Assembly (NCBI GenBank): GCA_964530075.1
Contig: CAZGXU010000005.1
Location: 1-61,469 of the forward strand
Source of the DNA: an uncultured Thermotogae bacterium
GTDB lineage: Bacteria > Bipolaricaulota > Bipolaricaulia > UBA7950 > UBA9294
Reading direction: 5' to 3'
Length of the DNA: 61,469 nt
The notes beneath the pieces are model-generated. The model was not told where the DNA came from. It saw only the letters and a program-made list of their open reading frames with translations, and did not search any database. The translations under genes were made by a program, and so were the position numbers. Numbering within the stretch: position 1 is the stretch's first letter; each line of letters starts with the position of its first letter. This document shows, in pieces, positions 1-8,580 of this stretch.

Positions 1-30
1 CCGGACACGGACGCCCACGGTGCCTCGCTC

Positions 31-1506
31 TCAGGAATGCTGGGCGAAGCTCCTGCGGAAGTGGTATCCGTAGATGGCGAGCGTGACCGCAAGGGGAAAA
101 GCCCTGGGGCGGCGGAGGACGGCCCACGCCAGGAGCTTCCAGTACTCCAGCCTGCCTCTGTCGAGGACGCCCAGACGGTACACGGAGCGGAAGAACGCGA
201 GGATATGCTGGAGATCGAGATGGATCCGGTTTCTCCGGAGCTCATACTGCCGCAGGAAGGTCCTGATGCGTCGGTAGTGCATCCGAGGCGTGTAGATCGT
301 CTGCACGATCCGTCGGTATCCCGCTTGCAGCGTCTCGGCATCCATTCGCGGGACGATGTTCGTCGTCCCGTCCACGTTGTCGCCTGACACCTGCGATCGC
401 AGGCGCCTCTCTCGCCTGAGACGCTCGTACAGCTTCGTCCCGGGGATCGCCTGGAGCAGCCCGACCATCGCGGTGACGATCCCGCTTTCCTGGATGAAAT
501 CGATCACGCGCTGAAAGGTCGCGGGCGTGTCGTGGTCGAACCCGACGATGAACCCGCCCTGCACTTGCAGGCCGGCCCGCTGGATCCGCTTGACGTCGGC
601 GATCATGTCGCGGTTCGTGTTCAGGCTTTTCCCGCATTCGGCCAAGCTGGCCTCATCCGGTGTCTCGATCCCGACGAAGACCGTCGTGAACCCCGCTTGG
701 ACCATCTTCCGCATCAGCTCTTCGTCGTCCGCCAGATTGATGGAGACCTCGGTGGCAAACTGCATGCCGGCCTTGTCCTTTCGCCATTCGATCAGCGCCG
801 GCAGGAGCTCGTCCTTGAGATAGCGCTTGTTGCCGATGAGGTTGTCGTCGCCGGAGAAGATCGGACCGTGCCACCCCAGTTCGTGGAGCTTGTCGAGCTC
901 GCCGATGATCTGATCGACCGCCTTGACGCGGGTTCGGTGGCCGAACAGTTCGGTCACACTGCAGAACTCACAGTTGTAGGGGCAACCTCTGGAGAACTGC
1001 ACGATCATCGACGAGTACTGGCGCATGTCGACCAGATCCCACAAGGGCGCCGGGCTCTGCCGGATGTCGGCGAACTCGGTGGTGGAGTAGATCCTCCTGG
1101 CCCGTCCTTGAGCCAGATCGGCAAGAAACAGCGGGAGCGTCAACTCGCCTTCGTTCAGAACGAAGTGGTCGACCTCGGCGAACGGGTCCCGTTCGATGGT
1201 GAACATCGGGCCGCCGGCGACGACGAGGAGGCCCGCCTTCTTGCACCGCGCGATGATCCGACGTGCCGACTCCCTCTGGATGGTCATGCCGCTGATGAAC
1301 GCGCAGTCCGCCCATTCCATGTCGCTTCGCGTGAGCGCCGAGACGTTGGTGTCCACCAACCGCTTCCCCCATTCCGCCGGCAGCATCGCGGCGACGGTCA
1401 GAAGGCCCAGCGGCGGCGAGAAGGCGCGCTTTCGAATGAACCGAAGGGCGTGCTGGAAGCTCCAGAAGGTATCCGGGAACCGGGGGTAGATCAGCAGGAC
1501 GTTCAT
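31..1506 (-). CDS. B12-binding-domain radical SAM protein (class B, DUF4070-type C-terminus)
   Basis: 491-aa ORF. N-terminal cobalamin-binding Rossmann-like region (GLLVVAGGP), radical SAM cluster motif CPYNCEFC, and a long helical C-terminal extension typical of DUF4070 rSAM proteins. Confidence 0.85.
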   Translation of the reverse strand: MNVLLIYPRFPDTFWSFQHALRFIRKRAFSPPLGLLTVAAMLPAEWGKRLVDTNVSALTRSDMEWADCAFISGMTIQRESARRIIARCKKAGLLVVAGGPMFTIERDPFAEVDHFVLNEGELTLPLFLADLAQGRARRIYSTTEFADIRQSPAPLWDLVDMRQYSSMIVQFSRGCPYNCEFCSVTELFGHRTRVKAVDQIIGELDKLHELGWHGPIFSGDDNLIGNKRYLKDELLPALIEWRKDKAGMQFATEVSINLADDEELMRKMVQAGFTTVFVGIETPDEASLAECGKSLNTNRDMIADVKRIQRAGLQVQGGFIVGFDHDTPATFQRVIDFIQESGIVTAMVGLLQAIPGTKLYERLRRERRLRSQVSGDNVDGTTNIVPRMDAETLQAGYRRIVQTIYTPRMHYRRIRTFLRQYELRRNRIHLDLQHILAFFRSVYRLGVLDRGRLEYWKLLAWAVLRRPRAFPLAVTLAIYGYHFRRSFAQHS

Positions 1507-1894
1507 CGGGCTCCTTCGCCAGCGTATCGCGCCTCTCGCTCGTCACGGTCCGCCACGACGTGCAGGCCCTCGAGGCAGGACGATTGTAGGACGATCGAGA
1601 TCGGTTTCAAAGCCGCGATCGAGACGCAAGAGGAGCGCAATGCCTATCCAGGCGGGAAGTCCGAGCAGTATCTCCTGAGGCCATCCGGCGCAACCGATCG
1701 GTCGTGACGCGCGTCGCCGCGGCGAGGGGAGCGCGTCGTGAGCGGAGGCTTCGACATCATGGCGCGACCGGGGGAGACCGGGTATACTCGGAGCAGTTTC
1801 GTAAGCAATTCACTCGCATACCGACCCAACGCGAATTGCAGTCAACCCGAGCTGAGCGTGCGACTTGGCTCAACGGAGCCAAGGAGTGTTTCTC

Positions 1895-3121
1895 TTGAGT
1901 TTCGAACGATTCTTGCTTGACCGGCGGATTGCCGCCGGCGTGAAGTCCGTCGGCTACACGGTTCCCACACCGATCCAGCAGAAGGTGATCCCGGCCATCC
2001 TCCGGGGGCGCGATGTGCTCGGCCTTGCCCAGACGGGAACAGGGAAGACGGCCGCCTTCGTGCTCCCGATTCTCCAGCGCCTGAGCAATGGACCGCGAGG
2101 AGGAGTGCGCGCCCTGATCGTGGCGCCGACTCGCGAACTGGCGGAGCAGATCCACCAGGAGATCGTCAAGTTGGGCCGCGAAACGACGGTTCGCAGCGTC
2201 ACAATCTACGGCGGCGTGAGCAAAGGGCCCCAGCTCGCGGCATTGCGCCGGGGGGTTGAGATCGTCGTCGCTTGTCCAGGACGGCTGCTGGATCACGTCG
2301 ATGCCGGCGCGATCGATCTCTCGCGCGTGGAGGTCCTGGTTCTCGATGAGGCGGACCGCATGTGCGACATGGGTTTCCTCCCCGACATCCGCCGAATCCT
2401 CCGCGAGGTGCCGGAGAAGCGACAGACGCTCTTCTTCTCCGCAACCATGCCCAAGGACATCCGCGCGCTTGCCGACGGAATCCTTGCGGATCCGGAGACG
2501 GTGCAGATCGGAGCGAATGCGCCCGCGTGCACGGTCTCTCACGCCCTCTACCCGGTGCCCGATCAGCGCCGGGACGAGCTTCTCATCGCGATGCTCCGCC
2601 GGATGTCGACGGGTCGCGTTCTCGTGTTCACGCGGACCAAGCACCGTGCCCGAAGGCTTGCGGCCAACCTGAAGAAGCACGGCCATCGTGCGGCAGCGCT
2701 TCAAGGGGACATGAGCCAAAGCCAGCGACTGCAGGCGATCCATGGATTCCGTCATGGGAAGATCGACGTGCTGGTCGCCACTGACATCGCGGCCCGCGGG
2801 ATCGATGTGTTGGAGATCTCCCACGTGGTCAACTTCGACATGCCCCACACCGTCGATGCGTACACTCACAGGATCGGACGGACCGGCCGTGCCGAGCGAA
2901 CGGGCGAGGCATTCACGCTTGCCGTTCGGGGAGACGGTCTGATGATCCGCCAGATCGAGCGGGTGCTCGGAGCCTCGCTGGAACGACGCCGGTGTCCGGA
3001 CTTCGACTACGGTGAGGGCTTCGACCCCAAGAACCAGTTCCCGCGCGGAGGTTCAAAACCGATGACCCGCTCTCGTTCCTCCTTCAGGGGGCGCAGCTTC
3101 CGCCCGAGAATCGGCCGCTAA
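1895..3121 (+). CDS. DEAD-box ATP-dependent RNA helicase (RhlE-like)
   Basis: Motifs AQTGTGKT, PTRELA, VLDEADRM (DEAD), FSATMP (SAT), HRIGRTGR, plus a basic R/S-rich tail. Start placed at TTG 1895, 8 nt after AAGGAG (1881-1886); the ORF-track start is an in-frame TTG at 1865. Confidence 0.9.
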   Translation: MSFERFLLDRRIAAGVKSVGYTVPTPIQQKVIPAILRGRDVLGLAQTGTGKTAAFVLPILQRLSNGPRGGVRALIVAPTRELAEQIHQEIVKLGRETTVRSVTIYGGVSKGPQLAALRRGVEIVVACPGRLLDHVDAGAIDLSRVEVLVLDEADRMCDMGFLPDIRRILREVPEKRQTLFFSATMPKDIRALADGILADPETVQIGANAPACTVSHALYPVPDQRRDELLIAMLRRMSTGRVLVFTRTKHRARRLAANLKKHGHRAAALQGDMSQSQRLQAIHGFRHGKIDVLVATDIAARGIDVLEISHVVNFDMPHTVDAYTHRIGRTGRAERTGEAFTLAVRGDGLMIRQIERVLGASLERRRCPDFDYGEGFDPKNQFPRGGSKPMTRSRSSFRGRSFRPRIGR

Positions 3122-3131
3122 GAGCGCTCCC

Positions 3132-3168
3132 GATCCCCGGCGTGCCAATCGGTGAAGAGCCGGGGATC
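3132..3168 (+). terminator. Possible stem-loop terminator after the helicase
   Basis: 10-bp perfect inverted repeat GATCCCCGGC (3132-3141) / GCCGGGGATC (3159-3168), 11 nt after the TAA stop. There is no T-tract, so this is weak. Confidence 0.3.
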
Positions 3169-3228
3169 CGAGAGGAGATCGGGGAACGCAGACTCCAACT
3201 CTTCGCACCGAGAAGCCGCGGGCGGCTT

Positions 3229-3410
3229 GTCCCGTTTCTCACCTCACACTACCGTCTCCGCTCGTCATGGCGGATCCTGTTGGCTCTTCAACCCCCTTGC
3301 CGTGGAAGCGGACGGCGCTCCTCTTCGTCGGGCATCTGCTCAACGGCGGGTTCGCCAGCTTCTTCGCGCCATTGCTACCGCTGTTGATCGATCGGCTCGA
3401 TCTGTCGCCC
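3229..3410 (+). pseudogene. Truncated 5' fragment of an MFS transporter gene (copy A of a 3-copy repeat)
   Basis: ATG at 3267 followed by MADPVGSSTPLPWKRTALLFVGHLLNGGFASFFAPLLPLLIDRLDLS, near-identical to the N-terminus of the intact MFS gene at 8581. Similarity also covers about 40 nt upstream of the ATG and is lost after about 3410. Confidence 0.65.
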
Positions 3411-3548
3411 GGCCACGCCTGCGATGACCTCCTTTCCCACGGAGCGCGGCGAGAAGTCGGGGCAGCAATACCGCAAGAGCAGACTCGATGCTCATACAAC
3501 CGAAAAGCCGGTGGAGACGGTTTGCTGCGGCATGAGCCGCCTGGATGC

Positions 3549-5165
3549 TCAGCTTGCGCGGTACCCGTACTCTGTCATCAGTCTGTCGAGCCTGCCGGCT
3601 ATCCGCTGCTCAGTCGAGAACTCCTGTTTCGCCGCCTGCTCGAGGATCGCCCAGTGACGTCTGACCTTGTCCGCCGGGTTCCTCTCGATGAATTCGAGGG
3701 CAAATGCCATCGCATCAAGCGCTGACTCATTGCATTCCCTGATCAAGTCGCTGATCGCCGCTGCGTATCGTGCGGCATCGTAGCTACTCTCATCAAGCTT
3801 GCTCAGCAGCAGCGCGTCAAACTTCGCGAACCGCAAGCGCTCCACAAGGCCGGAATCGTCGAAATTCCGGAAATTGAAAGCCTGCGAGTAGTAGAGCTGG
3901 AGAAGGTCCAGCTTCGGGTCAAGGAGACGGTAGTCGGGATGGGACAGGGAGCCTGTCAGCCGACTCTCTTGCCGGAGCCGAGCCTGGACGGCCGTGCCCG
4001 CGTACGGCGACATCTTACAGAAATGTACAAGTGCGTCGCCTTGTGCAGCAACGTGTCTGAGAAACTGAATGTTCTCTCGCACGGTCTCGAAGCTGCTGTC
4101 TGGAGTGAAGAGCATGAACCCAAACTCGTGTGGGATCCCTAGCTGGTGAAGGCGATCGACTGCCTCGTATACGGCTCCAGCACTGTAGCCCTTGTTCATC
4201 GCCTTGAGTTCCGAGTCGCTGGCAGACTCGATCCCCACGTAAGTGGTGGCAAGGCCGGCATCGCTCATCCGTTTCAGGTACTCGCTGTCCAGGTCGTCAA
4301 CGCGACACGAGATGCGCCAGAGGATCTCCTTGCCCATCCTTGATGCGTCCAATTCAGCCAGGAAGTCGTCCAGCCATCGCCTGGGTTCCGAGCCCTGCGT
4401 GTAAATGTCATCGTCCTGAAAGATGAAGACCCGCGTGTCGAACCGCGCCCGGAGGGCCGCCATCTCTCGCACAACATTCTCCGGAGAGCGAGCCCTACGC
4501 GCGGGGCCTGGTGGGTCTCGATAGAACGCGTTGATGCTGCAGAAAGAGCAATTGTAGTAACATCCCCGGCTCGCCGAGATCGATCGAAAATCCACGCCGC
4601 GAGTGGCTTTGCTCTGAGAACGGCGTACCGGGAACGGGAGATCGTCCAGGTTCCCAATCAACGGCCGAGGAGGATTCGACTTGACGTGTCCGTCGGTTCT
4701 GTAGGCCAGTCCGAGAATATCAGCCCACGAATCGGGAGCATCGACTCCCCTGACAAGCTCCAGCAGCGTCTCCTCTCCCTCATAGCGAACGACCGTATCC
4801 AAGCCGGGGGTCGAGGAAAGGATCTCTTCGTAGGCGAAGGTGGGGAAGTGTCCCCCCATTGTGAAGTGGGCCGTCACGCCTTCCTCGCGGAGGAAGGCGA
4901 TCAGATCGGCGAAGAGGCCCAGCATGCGCTGGAAGATGAGCGAGAACCCAACAAGCCGAGGCCGATCGGACTGGATGCGCTCCAGGATCTGCTCTTTCGT
5001 GACACCCTGCATCGGTTGGATATGCGCGATGTAGCCCTCTTGTTCGAGGAAGGCCGCAAGTGAACGCATTCCGAGGTTCTCCTGAGATTCGAATCCGACC
5101 AGGAGAGCGTCACAAGCTCTATGCCGTTCGCTCACTGCACCAGTACCATTGAGATACCCAACCAA
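3549..5165 (-). CDS. B12-binding-domain radical SAM protein (class B)
   Basis: 538-aa ORF (TTG start). N-terminal B12-binding-like domain (RLVGFSLIF...TMGGHFPT) and rSAM motif CYYNCSFC. G+C is visibly lower (48% and 57% in two hand-counted 60-nt lines) than neighbouring genes. Confidence 0.85.
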   Translation of the reverse strand: MVGYLNGTGAVSERHRACDALLVGFESQENLGMRSLAAFLEQEGYIAHIQPMQGVTKEQILERIQSDRPRLVGFSLIFQRMLGLFADLIAFLREEGVTAHFTMGGHFPTFAYEEILSSTPGLDTVVRYEGEETLLELVRGVDAPDSWADILGLAYRTDGHVKSNPPRPLIGNLDDLPFPVRRSQSKATRGVDFRSISASRGCYYNCSFCSINAFYRDPPGPARRARSPENVVREMAALRARFDTRVFIFQDDDIYTQGSEPRRWLDDFLAELDASRMGKEILWRISCRVDDLDSEYLKRMSDAGLATTYVGIESASDSELKAMNKGYSAGAVYEAVDRLHQLGIPHEFGFMLFTPDSSFETVRENIQFLRHVAAQGDALVHFCKMSPYAGTAVQARLRQESRLTGSLSHPDYRLLDPKLDLLQLYYSQAFNFRNFDDSGLVERLRFAKFDALLLSKLDESSYDAARYAAAISDLIRECNESALDAMAFALEFIERNPADKVRRHWAILEQAAKQEFSTEQRIAGRLDRLMTEYGYRAS

Positions 5166-5223
5166 GCCCGCAGGCCAGGGCGACCGCTGAGGGCTTCGCC
5201 GTCGACGGCACGGCGAACCGATG

Positions 5224-5424
5224 CTACCCGACCTTGTACTGCTCTCTCAGAGCATCGAGTGCTATCTTCGATGCCTCGAGCTGCATTTCCAGCAGTTTGA
5301 TCTGCGTCTCAAGTTGTACGACCTTGATCCGCGCCACGAGGTGTTTGTCCAACAGCATTTCGATACCAGGGTCGGCGACGTACCCGAGTCTAGCTCGGAT
5401 GATGTCCTCGTTGAGTTGGTACAT
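5224..5424 (-). CDS. Small hypothetical coiled-coil protein (66 aa)
   Basis: ATG 5424 preceded by a strong SD (GGAAAGGAGGAGAG). Sequence MYQLNEDIIRARLGYVADPGIEMLL...KLLEMQLEASKIALDALREQYKVG has a heptad-like pattern. It lies 58 nt upstream of, and co-directional with, the rSAM gene. About 53% G+C. Confidence 0.5.
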   Translation of the reverse strand: MYQLNEDIIRARLGYVADPGIEMLLDKHLVARIKVVQLETQIKLLEMQLEASKIALDALREQYKVG

Positions 5425-5736
5425 CTCTCCTCCTTTCCGGTATGCCTCCAGATCAGTGCGCCTTGCAACCTGTAAGCACATCGAATTCGTGAATGATTAT
5501 GCGTACGAACGGGTACTCAGTCAATGCGAGACAGCTTCTACAGCGTATTCACCTTCACCGTGAGTTCCGTGGACCGCTACTCCTGCATGATAGGACCCAT
5601 TAGGCATGGTCGAGCCGTGCGAACGCCAGCATACGGACCACGGCGCTTTCCAGCCCGATCCGGGACGCGCCCGCCGGGGTGGAGTAGGATCAGCGGACGC
5701 ATGCCCGATTCGGCGGCCTCCAACAGCGACGGCTCG

Positions 5737-5815
5737 CTTGTGCTCCTTGTCCAGGACAACTACCATCTTCCCTCGCCATGGCGGATCCTGCGGTTCCTTT
5801 GACCTCACCCGCGAG
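5737..5815 (+). pseudogene. Second truncated copy of the MFS promoter-proximal/5' region (copy B)
   Basis: CTTGTGCTCCTTGTCCAGGACAACTACCATCTTCCCTCGCCATGGCGGATCCTGCGGTTCCTTTGACCTCACCC aligns base-for-base, with few mismatches, to 8538-8612 upstream of and into the intact MFS gene. Confidence 0.6.
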
Positions 5816-5953
5816 GACGGCGAGCAGTTCATGGAAATCGCCGTGCGCGTCCCGATCGAGACCGCAGTCACTCCGTTCCCGCTCGAAGGGGCGAACGAAG
5901 CGTTGAACGCGCTCCGCGAAGGGAGTATCGAAGGCGCGGCGGTGTTGGAAGTC
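5813..5953 (+). pseudogene. C-terminal remnant of a Zn-dependent (MDR-family) alcohol dehydrogenase
   Basis: Translates to EDGEQFMEIAVRVPIETAVTPFPLEGANEALNALREGSIEGAAVLEV, the characteristic last ~45 residues of MDR alcohol dehydrogenases. No upstream catalytic or NAD domain is present, and the fragment abuts MFS fragment B. Confidence 0.55.
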
Positions 5954-6241
5954 CAGGCCTCGCGGTTGTCTACGAGCTCCGGAGCCCTATTCCAAGACAC
6001 CCCCCCGCGGTGTGACTCCTGACTGGGACCGATGAGGAGTCCGCATCCTCCGCACTCAGCCAGCATGGGAACGATGTTCCTGTCTACAATTGCGAGCCAG
6101 AATCCCAGGCTCTCCAGCGTATGACCGCTGCATCGGATTCCCGGCTAGCACGCCACTGGCGTGCCGCACGTGAGGGCGTCGGCTGCCCGGGTTCCGAGGC
6201 TCGGCGTACAGATGGCCGACCTCAAGGCGCGAATCGCTCAG

Positions 6242-6979
6242 CTACAAGATCCACTTCGCTCGGATGTTCCGCAGGCTGAGAACGAACAGGCCGATACAGA
6301 AGGCCGCGAGAATCGGGAGATCAACGGCAAGCGGCAGGGATCGAGTGCCGATGACTGCGCCCCGCATCGCGTCCACCCCGTATGTGAGGGGCAGCGCGTA
6401 GGACAGAGGTCGGATCGCCCAAGGCAGCCTCTCGATCGGGAAGAAGAGCCCGCAGAGAAAGATCATCGGAAACCGAAAGAAGTTCGAGAAAGTCTGCGCC
6501 TCGAACACCTCTCTGACCGCTACAGCGACGAACAGACCGACGAAGGTGGACGACAAAGCGAGGAGGACCACGGTCGGCACGAGGACGGCCCAGGCAACGC
6601 CGGACAGATCAACGAGGAACGCCGCCATCCCGACCGGGACGAACGCGTTGGCGATTCCGAAGAGGACTGCGCCCGCCGTCTTGGCGAGCATCAAGAGGTC
6701 GAGCGGGATCGGGGCAAGCAGAAGCCGCTCGAAAGATCGGCCCTTCTTTTCAAACGTGATCGTCACAGCCAGCATCGACGTCGTCCCGAACAGGATCGAG
6801 ATCGCCATCACGCCCGGAAGGAGCGACAACACGTCGCCGGCCGATCCGCCGGAACGAATCAGGAACATTCCGGTCCACGCGAACGGGAAGATCAGCCCCC
6901 AGCTGATGTTGGGCGGCTTGAGGTAGTACGATCGCATGTCCTTGGCGAGGATGTTCCAGAAAGCAATCCAGCGCTTCAC
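6242..6979 (-). CDS. ABC-2 type exporter permease
   Basis: 245-aa, six predicted TM segments, ABC-2 family N-terminus (FWNILAKDMRSYYLKPPN). Start overlaps the stop of the upstream ATPase gene. Confidence 0.85.
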   Translation of the reverse strand: MKRWIAFWNILAKDMRSYYLKPPNISWGLIFPFAWTGMFLIRSGGSAGDVLSLLPGVMAISILFGTTSMLAVTITFEKKGRSFERLLLAPIPLDLLMLAKTAGAVLFGIANAFVPVGMAAFLVDLSGVAWAVLVPTVVLLALSSTFVGLFVAVAVREVFEAQTFSNFFRFPMIFLCGLFFPIERLPWAIRPLSYALPLTYGVDAMRGAVIGTRSLPLAVDLPILAAFCIGLFVLSLRNIRAKWIL

Positions 6980-7944
6980 TCGCTTTTCCCTACCCTCTCC
7001 TTCTCGCGGCGCATCGCGTCGGCCTCGATTCCGGTAACCTCGACGAAGACATCCTCCAACGATGGGCGCACGCGCCGCGCTTCGGACACTTCTATCCCCG
7101 CCTCTTCGAGAAGGCGCACAATCGGACCGACGGCCAGGGGCTCCTTGGACTCTACACGAAGCTGCCCGGTCCGGAGCATCTCGAATCGATCGTCGGGAAA
7201 CGCTGAGATCAGCGGTTCGATCTCGATCGGGGCGGGCTCCGACAGGTCGATGACCGCAACGTGGCGTTCGTGCAGCGGCTGCAGGAGATTGGGCACCGCG
7301 TCCACGCGCACGATGCGTCCGCGCACGATGAACGCAATCCGCCCGCAGAGCCGCTCCGCCTCCTCGATATAGTGGGTCGTCAGCAGGATCGTCGCCCCGT
7401 CCTCGTTGAGCGCCGCGATCAGCTGGCGGATCTGCCGAGCGCTGGCGACGTCGATCCCGGTAGTCGGCTCGTCGAGAAACAGAATCGGCGGTCGATGGAT
7501 GATCCCCGCCGCGATCGTCAGCTTCCGCTTCATCCCTTTCGAGTACCCGCCGAACTTGCGATTCGCTGCATCCGAAAGCCCGAAGTCCCCCAACAGTTGA
7601 CGCGCTCGCTTCGTGCGCTCGCGCTTCCGGATCCCGTAGAGGGAGGCACAGAACGTGAGGTTCTCCATCCCGGTCAGCTCGGGATACAGGTTGCTCTCGT
7701 CCGGGACCACGCCGATCAAATGCTGCGCCGCCTTCACGTTCTCAGCGCCATCGATTTCGCCGATGACAATCGATCCGCTGTCAGGGCGTGCCAGGCCCGT
7801 CAGCATGTTGATCGTCGTGGTCTTGCCGGCGCCGTTGGGTCCCAGCAAACCGAACAGCTCTCCTTCGGAGACTTCAAAGGAGACGTCGGCGACAGCCTGA
7901 ACGTCGTCGAACGCCTTGGAGAGGCCCGAGACCCGGATCGCCAT
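6976..7944 (-). CDS. ABC transporter ATP-binding protein (DrrA/ABC-2 type)
   Basis: Walker A GPNGAGKTT, signature YSKGMKRKL, Walker B LFLDEPTTGID, H-loop TTHYIEEA, and a C-terminal DrrA-like domain. Confidence 0.9.
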   Translation of the reverse strand: MAIRVSGLSKAFDDVQAVADVSFEVSEGELFGLLGPNGAGKTTTINMLTGLARPDSGSIVIGEIDGAENVKAAQHLIGVVPDESNLYPELTGMENLTFCASLYGIRKRERTKRARQLLGDFGLSDAANRKFGGYSKGMKRKLTIAAGIIHRPPILFLDEPTTGIDVASARQIRQLIAALNEDGATILLTTHYIEEAERLCGRIAFIVRGRIVRVDAVPNLLQPLHERHVAVIDLSEPAPIEIEPLISAFPDDRFEMLRTGQLRVESKEPLAVGPIVRLLEEAGIEVSEARRVRPSLEDVFVEVTGIEADAMRREKERVGKSE

Positions 7945-7947
7945 CGA

Positions 7948-8454
7948 CTAGTCGCCTTCCCCCTCGGACGCGCAGTGACGATCCCCTTCGGATCCGTGGC
8001 ACTCCCGGATCCGTTCCGGTGGGCAATCGCCCGGACTCACGCTCCGCCCCTCTCGAAAGCGGTCGCCCTTTTCCTTCTCACACGGTTCCTCCTCGTGCTT
8101 CGCATACCGTTTGGGCTTCTCCCCGTCCGTGGTCCCTTCACCGCCCTGTCCCGCTTGGAACAGCCCGAGCAGCTCATCGATCGCGTCTCGCCATTGGGCG
8201 AGGTGCTCCGCGTTCACTCGGTAGTGGACGTAGTACCCATCGCGCTCTGCCGTCACGAGACCGGCATCCCGCAGGATCTTCAGATGCTGAGAAACGGCAC
8301 CTTGCGTCAACCCGAGCCGACAGGCCAGCGCCCCGACACATAGATTGCGCTCTCTAAGCAACATCAGCATTCGCATCCTGGTTTCGACCGATAGAACCCT
8401 CAGTCGTCGAGAAACATCAGCGATACGAGCGTCGCGCCGTGCCGTGGCATCCAT
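7948..8454 (-). CDS. ArsR/SmtB-family transcriptional regulator with Cys/His-rich acidic C-terminal tail
   Basis: wHTH core RMRMLMLLRERNLCVGALACRLGLTQGAVSQHLKILRDAGLV. Tail ...EEPCEKEKGD...GDCPPERIRECHGSEGDRHCASEGEGD. Start set at ATG 8454 (MDATARR); the ORF-track start 8562 would overlap the divergent MFS gene (start 8581, reaching its promoter-proximal region). Confidence 0.85.
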   Translation of the reverse strand: MDATARRDARIADVSRRLRVLSVETRMRMLMLLRERNLCVGALACRLGLTQGAVSQHLKILRDAGLVTAERDGYYVHYRVNAEHLAQWRDAIDELLGLFQAGQGGEGTTDGEKPKRYAKHEEEPCEKEKGDRFREGRSVSPGDCPPERIRECHGSEGDRHCASEGEGD

Positions 8455-8580
8455 ATTCGTCGTGGCTAATATACCGTGGCGCGACGTCACCGGCAAGAGC
8501 GAAGGACACAAGTTCGGAGGATCTGGCACGTTCGCGATGCTTGTGCTCCTTCTCCGGGACAACTACCATCTCCCCTCGTC

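Noticed and set aside
8476-8580. Upstream extension of the MFS ORF (ORF-track start 8476), and the ArsR ORF-track start at 8562.
   Set aside because: The extensions would make the two divergent genes overlap head-to-head by 87 nt. The MFS N-terminus recurs in two truncated copies that both begin at the equivalent of ATG 8581. ArsR homology begins after ATG 8454.
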